DNA of 63,250 bases, the filler included. It is 11 parts of 11 records of this genome, joined end to end, with 100 filler letters (N's around TTAATTAATTAA, not from the genome) between each part and the next. Parts side by side here need not be neighbours in the genome. Positions count along the whole stretch, not along the records: positions 54,030 to 58,936 come from SRR15195285_451; positions 59,037 to 63,250 come from SRR15195285_454; 9 more parts are not named here. The stretch is one strand, 5' to 3'. Position 1 is the first letter of the stretch; each line of letters begins with the position of its first letter. Position numbers and translations under genes: made by a program. Shown piece by piece: positions 58,410 through 63,250 of the stretch. Under the pieces are notes generated by a model that worked only from the letters and a program-made list of their open reading frames with translations, was not told the DNA's origin and ran no database searches.

Positions 58410-59036
58410 CGCTCCAGCAGGGTGATCAGAAGCTGAGGCCCTAGGGTTGTAGGGTTGGCACTCGTCACATGTACCACTGCAGCAGACTAAGCCTGCGACA
58501 AGCTCGGACAGCAACCACGCAGTCCTTCCTAGCAGCCGCGCTGGCGAACGTTGCTCGCAGCCAGCAGCCCAGCCCAGCCGCGCTCCCGCTTGCTCGCACG
58601 GCTTAGCCCGGCGCTCACGTCTCCGCCTCCGCCTGGGAGCAGCCGTGGGCAGCAGCAGCAGCTGCTGCAGCAGCAGCAGGCAGCAGCGGCACTGTGGCAA
58701 ACGAGCCTCTAGCAGCGAGGGAGCAGGCCCATCATCGGTGCGGCCTTGGTCATCGATATCGCCGCGCCGGCTCCGCGCCACGCTCCCGCCCGGCGCGGCG
58801 GCCGGCGCTCCCCGCGCGCGCGCGACGATCTAGTAGCTATTCGAATATACGTACTACCTGGTACTATAGTATACAAATTACAATATGACAATGAATGACA
58901 ATTTCATTTTTTTGTGATACTTTACATGATTGTAAANNNNNNNNNNNNNNNNNNNNNNNNNNNNNNNNNNNNNNNNNNNNTTAATTAATTAANNNNNNNN
59001 NNNNNNNNNNNNNNNNNNNNNNNNNNNNNNNNNNNN

Positions 59037-59507
59037 GGAGGAGGAGGAGGAGGACAGCGACGACGACGATGAGGAAGAGGAGAGCGACGAGGAAGAGGAG
59101 AGCGACGACGAGGATCCACTGACGTCTCTCTGTGACGAAGCCCAGGAGGGAATGAAAGAGCTTACGAAGGCGCTGAAGGCTGCCCAGAAAGCGCGCGACA
59201 AAATCAAGGAGGCCATCAAGGGTGCGGGCGAGTGCGAAGTCGAGGACGTTGCCCTGCTCACCAGCAGCGGCTGGTGCGTTGTGCCTCTATTGTGCAGAGC
59301 ACGTTGTCTTTGAGGGCACGCTGTCTGCGCTGCATCGCAACGTGTATATTAGTTCATCGTGAGTGTTGATGTCGGTGACGAATCTGTTTCGACAGGGGCA
59401 AACTGATCAAGAAGCTGTCCAAGCTCGAAGGCGAGAAGAAGATCAACAACGCGGCGCAAAAGCAGCTGGACACATGGATGGCGATCGCCAAGAAGAAGTC
59501 AGCCTAA
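59037..59507 (+). CDS. 3' end of an acidic protein with a TFIIS-N (IWS1/Med26)-like helical domain
   Basis: Intron 59274-59395 gives LLTSSGWGKLIKKLSK...INNAAQKQLDTWMAIAKK*; preceded by a D/E tract. Confidence 0.6.
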
Positions 59508-59597
59508 TCAAGCAGCAGCGGCAGCGGCAGCGACGACAGCTGCTGCCAAAAGATGCACGATCGCGCGAAAATGAAACTGGAAGCATTCAAAACTTTG

Positions 59598-60383
59598 TTA
59601 AAGCTCGCCTTTGGTTGTCGTTTGCTCGTCCCCTAGGATTTGCCATTTTCCTGGAGATGAGCTGGCCTCGCGAGCAGCCTTTGCATGAATGAAATAGTGC
59701 TCCGCTACCAAGTGTGGTGGCTGCCACCGCCGGTTCATTTGCTGGGGGCAGGCCGCCGTCCCTTTGGTGCAAAGGGAACGCTTCACTTCGTAAGTCTCCG
59801 GAGAGCTTCGCCACAGATCCCCTCGCTGCGTCCGCACCATCCCATCGCGAATGACGCTGACCATCGTGTCCTCGTGGTCGTTCATCAAAGTCAAACACGC
59901 CTGGCGGTAATCACGCAGGATGTCTATCTTCAGCTCCATGCCATCCGGCACATCGGCGGGCTTTGGCGGCAGCAGCCGCACATACCCTCGCATCTCCGTG
60001 TCCTGCCCGAAAAAACGCTTGGCATCTTTGTGCACCAGTTGCCACTGCGGCTCGCCTCGGTATGGCTTCGTTGGCGCCAGCCCGTAGTCGCCAAGTGCAT
60101 CCGCTGAGCATACCGCCTCAGCCAGCTCGGCAAAGCCAGAGTCGGACTCCCAGGTCGACATTGTCGTAACCTCGCGAGTGCCATCGTCTCGCAGCCGCCA
60201 CCCTGTCTCCACCGTCTCGTTTCTGACCATGCTGCGGTGGATGGCAATGTCCAGGGCTTCCGCGACGTGCTCACACATAGTGCACCTTTTGCTGAGCTCC
60301 GCCGGAGACACCTGATCATGCACCTCAGCGGCGACGTTCGCACAGAGCGCTCCCACCAGAGCCACTGCTTGTAGCGGCAGCAT
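59598..60383 (-). CDS. Canopy (CNPY/DUF3456, saposin-like) ER protein
   Basis: Signal peptide; CTMCEHVA, ETGWRLRDDG, ACLTLMNDHED, LCTKGTAAC; C-terminal KGEL. Confidence 0.8.
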   Translation of the reverse strand: MLPLQAVALVGALCANVAAEVHDQVSPAELSKRCTMCEHVAEALDIAIHRSMVRNETVETGWRLRDDGTREVTTMSTWESDSGFAELAEAVCSADALGDYGLAPTKPYRGEPQWQLVHKDAKRFFGQDTEMRGYVRLLPPKPADVPDGMELKIDILRDYRQACLTLMNDHEDTMVSVIRDGMVRTQRGDLWRSSPETYEVKRSLCTKGTAACPQQMNRRWQPPHLVAEHYFIHAKAAREASSSPGKWQILGDEQTTTKGEL

Positions 60384-60883
60384 CGACGGCGCCGTGATCG
60401 TGCTGAGGGCACGCGACGGTCAGTGTACGTGTACCAGGTGCACGCTCGCGATGGCCAGCTCGCCCGGCTGCGCGCCCACGCACGCGAGTACTGAGGACGG
60501 AGCCTCCCTGCCGCCTGGCCACCGTGGACGTGCCTGCCACTGGCAGTGCGGCCGCCTCGGGCGCACGATCGCAGGCAGACAGACAGTCACGGTGCGGAAT
60601 ACCCGATATTGTCGACATTGCAATTGCATTTTCAAGTACGAAAATACATAGGAGCCGCCGCTGGCGCCGGTGCGTTGCTCGAATGCTGATCCGTGATCGA
60701 GTGGTGATGTGATCCTGATCGTCGCTATCATCAGCTGCACGCGTGCACGGTCGTCGCGCGCCGGTGGTGACGGGCGACCGTGGCCACTCGATTCGTGACG
60801 TACTGGCGTGGCTCGTGATACTGCTGCTCACTAGTTCAGTCGCGGCTCTCGCTCCAGCCCCCACACAGCCTGCCAGCACCGCC

Positions 60884-61609
60884 ATGGCGTCACAGCTCTG
60901 CTTCGAGGTTCGGTACAACCGCTCCTGAGACGGCGGCGCTCAGGAGCGCGATGCCGCCATCCGCTTCATCCAGGAGGTCTATGCGGAGTGAGCTCTTGCC
61001 GCATTTGCCACGCTCGCAGCCGCTTGCGCTGCTGCGCACGACAGTTCTGCCACCGCAGGACAAGGGCTGCTTTGCAGTCATCCGTGCTCGCCCATCGCAG
61101 GGTAGAATAACGTGCCAGCCGAGCTTCCTGATAGATGACGATGCCTCGGCCGATGACCTTCGTTCCGGTTCTCTGACCCGAATTTGTTACATGTGTTGCT
61201 CTCGGTGGCTGCAGCGCGCGCATCACGCACAAGCGAATGGACAGGTGCGACGCACGCCCCACGCCACCAGAGACGCGCCGGCGTCTCGCTATCAGAGTGG
61301 GAGCCACTTGACTATTACGCGCCTGCTTGACGCCAATGCCGTTCTCACGGATCACGCGTCGATCTTGCAATCAGTGGGCCGCTCCAAGTCCAGATCATCG
61401 GGCCGGACGGTGAAGACGTCATCGTGGTGGATCAACGCCAGCTGTACCGGTGCGACCGCGTGAAACCAACTGCCGGCCAGCGAGAGAGTTCATCCTCTCG
61501 CAACCTGTCTTCTGAATCGATCGCAATGTACTTTCTGGCCTACAGAAAGTACGGCTGGCCTGCTGGCGAGGCGATCAAGGAGGCGCTGTCAAAGATTGAG
61601 ATTGACTAG
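60884..61609 (+). CDS. Candidate selenoprotein, Rdx/SelW-like small thioredoxin fold (90 aa), in-frame TGA at 60926-60928
   Basis: Strong start context CACCGCCATGG; exons 60884-60987, 61215-61244, 61375-61449, 61546-61609 (three GT-AG introns, total 273 nt) give MASQLCFEVRYNRS-U-DGGAQERDAAIRFIQEVYADARITHKRMDSGPLQVQIIGPDGEDVIVVDQRQLYRKYGWPAGEAIKEALSKIEID*. Confidence 0.7.
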
Positions 61610-61676
61610 ATAGATGCGCGTAGACATGCCGACATTCTGCCTATCACTATGCATGCCTCAACGCTGTTGTTTCCTA

Positions 61677-61762
61677 GCCAATTGACGGCCGCATGCACCA
61701 CTGCTCCCATCGTTGTCGCCAACGGTGCTGGTGGCACGGTGCGCGACCTGAAACGCCCTGGC
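61677..61762 (+). promoter_or_regulatory. Possible non-canonical SECIS-like hairpin in the 3' UTR
   Basis: TGAC (61683-61686) opposite TGAA (61749-61752) could form the G.A/A.G quartet; GGCCGC..GCACC pairs with GGTGCGCGACC; GCCA/TGGC lower helix. Lacks the canonical ATGA and apical AA. Confidence 0.3.
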
Positions 61763-61874
61763 CGCTCGTAGATCGTGCACGAGTGGCGTACGGTGGCTGG
61801 ACCACTGCGGTGTGCGCATGCAATGCAGCAAACATGTGACTGTTGCGGTTGGATTTTTGCTCCAACACTCAATA

Positions 61875-62648
61875 TCAGCCTGTCCAGTTGTCGTCTCTCT
61901 CGTCGATATCAGGCTCCGCTGCGGTCACCTCACGCACCTCTTCAATGTAGTGGCAAATGACGTTTTTGATCATGAATCGCACAGTCACGGTCGAGCTCGC
62001 GCAGGATACACAGGCGCCAACCAGCCTCAAGACTAAATGCCCTCGTTCGTGGTCAAAGCTAACATACTCAACATCCCCACCGTCCATCTGCACGTTTGGC
62101 CTGATGTGCGTCTCAAGCACTTCCTTGATATGCAGCACGGTCTCATCGTCGTCGCTGTCGATTTCTGCAATCGCCTCCAGACGCCGCGCGTCAACGGCCT
62201 CATCTATGACAGGATTGCCGGAGAGCAACAGCGAGTCAATGGTCCGCTCAACTGCGACGTCCACAGTACACGCTCCATCCGGATGGGCAACCTCGTCTTC
62301 CCAATTCACAGCGCTCAGGTCGAGCGACACAGTGATGAAATGCGGCGCCAGTGTCACACCGCTGACTCCAGGGATGACACAAAAAAGCTCCTTTGCGAGA
62401 GGAGACTCGCTGGCCTCGTACCTGCTCCGGTAGTCAAGAGCTGGGCCTGGCGACTGCAGTACCATCTCTCCGTCGCCCGGGGTGAACTGACGTGCCGATG
62501 GGTTGGGTGTAGTCTGGGCAAGCACGGCCAGGTGCCTACGTGAACACTCAGCTGCCCGCTGTCCATACAGTCCTGGGATAGAGAGTAACTGCCGCTTGCG
62601 TGGATGGGGACTCAATGGCCTCGCTCGCAAGCTGAGATGTCGCAGCAT
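61875..62648 (-). CDS. NFU1: Mitochondrial Fe-S cluster carrier NFU1
   Basis: Arg-rich transit peptide; QTTPNPSARQF, SPLAKELF, IRPNVQMDGGDVEY, GACVSCASSTVT (CxxC). Confidence 0.93.
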   Translation of the reverse strand: MLRHLSLRARPLSPHPRKRQLLSIPGLYGQRAAECSRRHLAVLAQTTPNPSARQFTPGDGEMVLQSPGPALDYRSRYEASESPLAKELFCVIPGVSGVTLAPHFITVSLDLSAVNWEDEVAHPDGACTVDVAVERTIDSLLLSGNPVIDEAVDARRLEAIAEIDSDDDETVLHIKEVLETHIRPNVQMDGGDVEYVSFDHERGHLVLRLVGACVSCASSTVTVRFMIKNVICHYIEEVREVTAAEPDIDERDDNWTG

Positions 62649-63250
62649 TGCACAGCCGCTTCAGTCTGTGGCCACACCTAGCTCAGTTGCCCATGCTCGA
62701 CCTTGCAGCATGATGTAGCCAGTCGATCTGTCCCGTTTCCGGTGTACGGCGTCGAATGATAGGGTACCTAGCTACCGTATCATACACTCTCTCCCATACA
62801 GTACGATTTCGGAGCCTCCGACAGGGAGATTGACTGCAGCGATTCAACGCCACAGAGACCCTCGCCTGACAGCACACGCGCGCCCTAGAGCCAAGGGCGG
62901 CGATGGTACGTGCTCAGAGGGCCTGCACGCAGTCCAGGTGCACCTGGGCCCAGTCCGTCGCCACGCGCTCACCGGCAGCGAGTGTCGTCGAGTGTGAAGT
63001 GCACGCGCGGTCCACGGCGCTCGGCGGGTCCAGGTTTAACACATTCGTCACATGCCGCAACCAGCAGCAGCGCCGCTACGGATTCGTACGCGATACGGCG
63101 ATACCGGCGTCACGCATTGAAGGTGCACCGCCCGCGCGCGTCGTCGCCGCCGCGCCCGCTACGCTAGCGACGCGCCGCTGCGCCGGGCTCGGCCGCGCCG
63201 CTGCCACAGCGGGTAAGTAGAACGTGATATAGCGGTATTTTGCCTCATTT

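Noticed and set aside
58410-58781. N-terminal extension of the Rab ORF (likewise 54324-54563 for GH95 and 49087-49548 for the ankyrin gene)
   Set aside because: Open 5' UTR/promoter sequence from alternative start calls; family N-termini or signal peptides begin at downstream ATGs.
4817-59036. Regularly recurring TTAATTAATTAA flanked by N runs as a biological repeat or CRISPR-like array
   Set aside because: It is an artificial six-frame-stop contig linker of constant length.
62903-63220. Short + strand ORFs at the window end
   Set aside because: No recognisable motif; GC-rich promoter-like sequence.

Overview
Eukaryotic, GC-rich, intron-containing genomic DNA from 11 contigs joined by artificial 100-nt spacers (44 N + TTAATTAATTAA + 44 N), so adjacency across spacers is not biological. 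About 25 genes could be reconstructed with GT-AG introns. Housekeeping: ECM29, MAD2, Rab4, NFU1, a canopy-like protein, an ER ankyrin protein, EF-hand and IQ proteins. Secreted glycan-handling set: BNR/sialidase-like multi-module protein, GH31, GH95-like, S1 sulfatase, multi-lectin, LRR protein, plus SLC17 and ZIFL-type MFS transporters. The content suggests a heterotrophic protist; Picozoa is my unverified guess from remembered motifs. Main highlights: (1) a secreted multi-module protein whose modules are separated by a repeated LKTDD linker that is also conserved as DNA (possible polyprotein or cassette system); (2) a 4-exon candidate Rdx/SelW-like selenoprotein with an in-frame TGA in an NxxU context, missed by the ORF track; (3) signs of mobile introns: two ~83% identical introns at unrelated sites in one gene, and an introner-like intron with complementary ends; (4) an E2 variant lacking the canonical Cys, fused to a ubiquitin-like domain. 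All calls are by eye; no searches were run.
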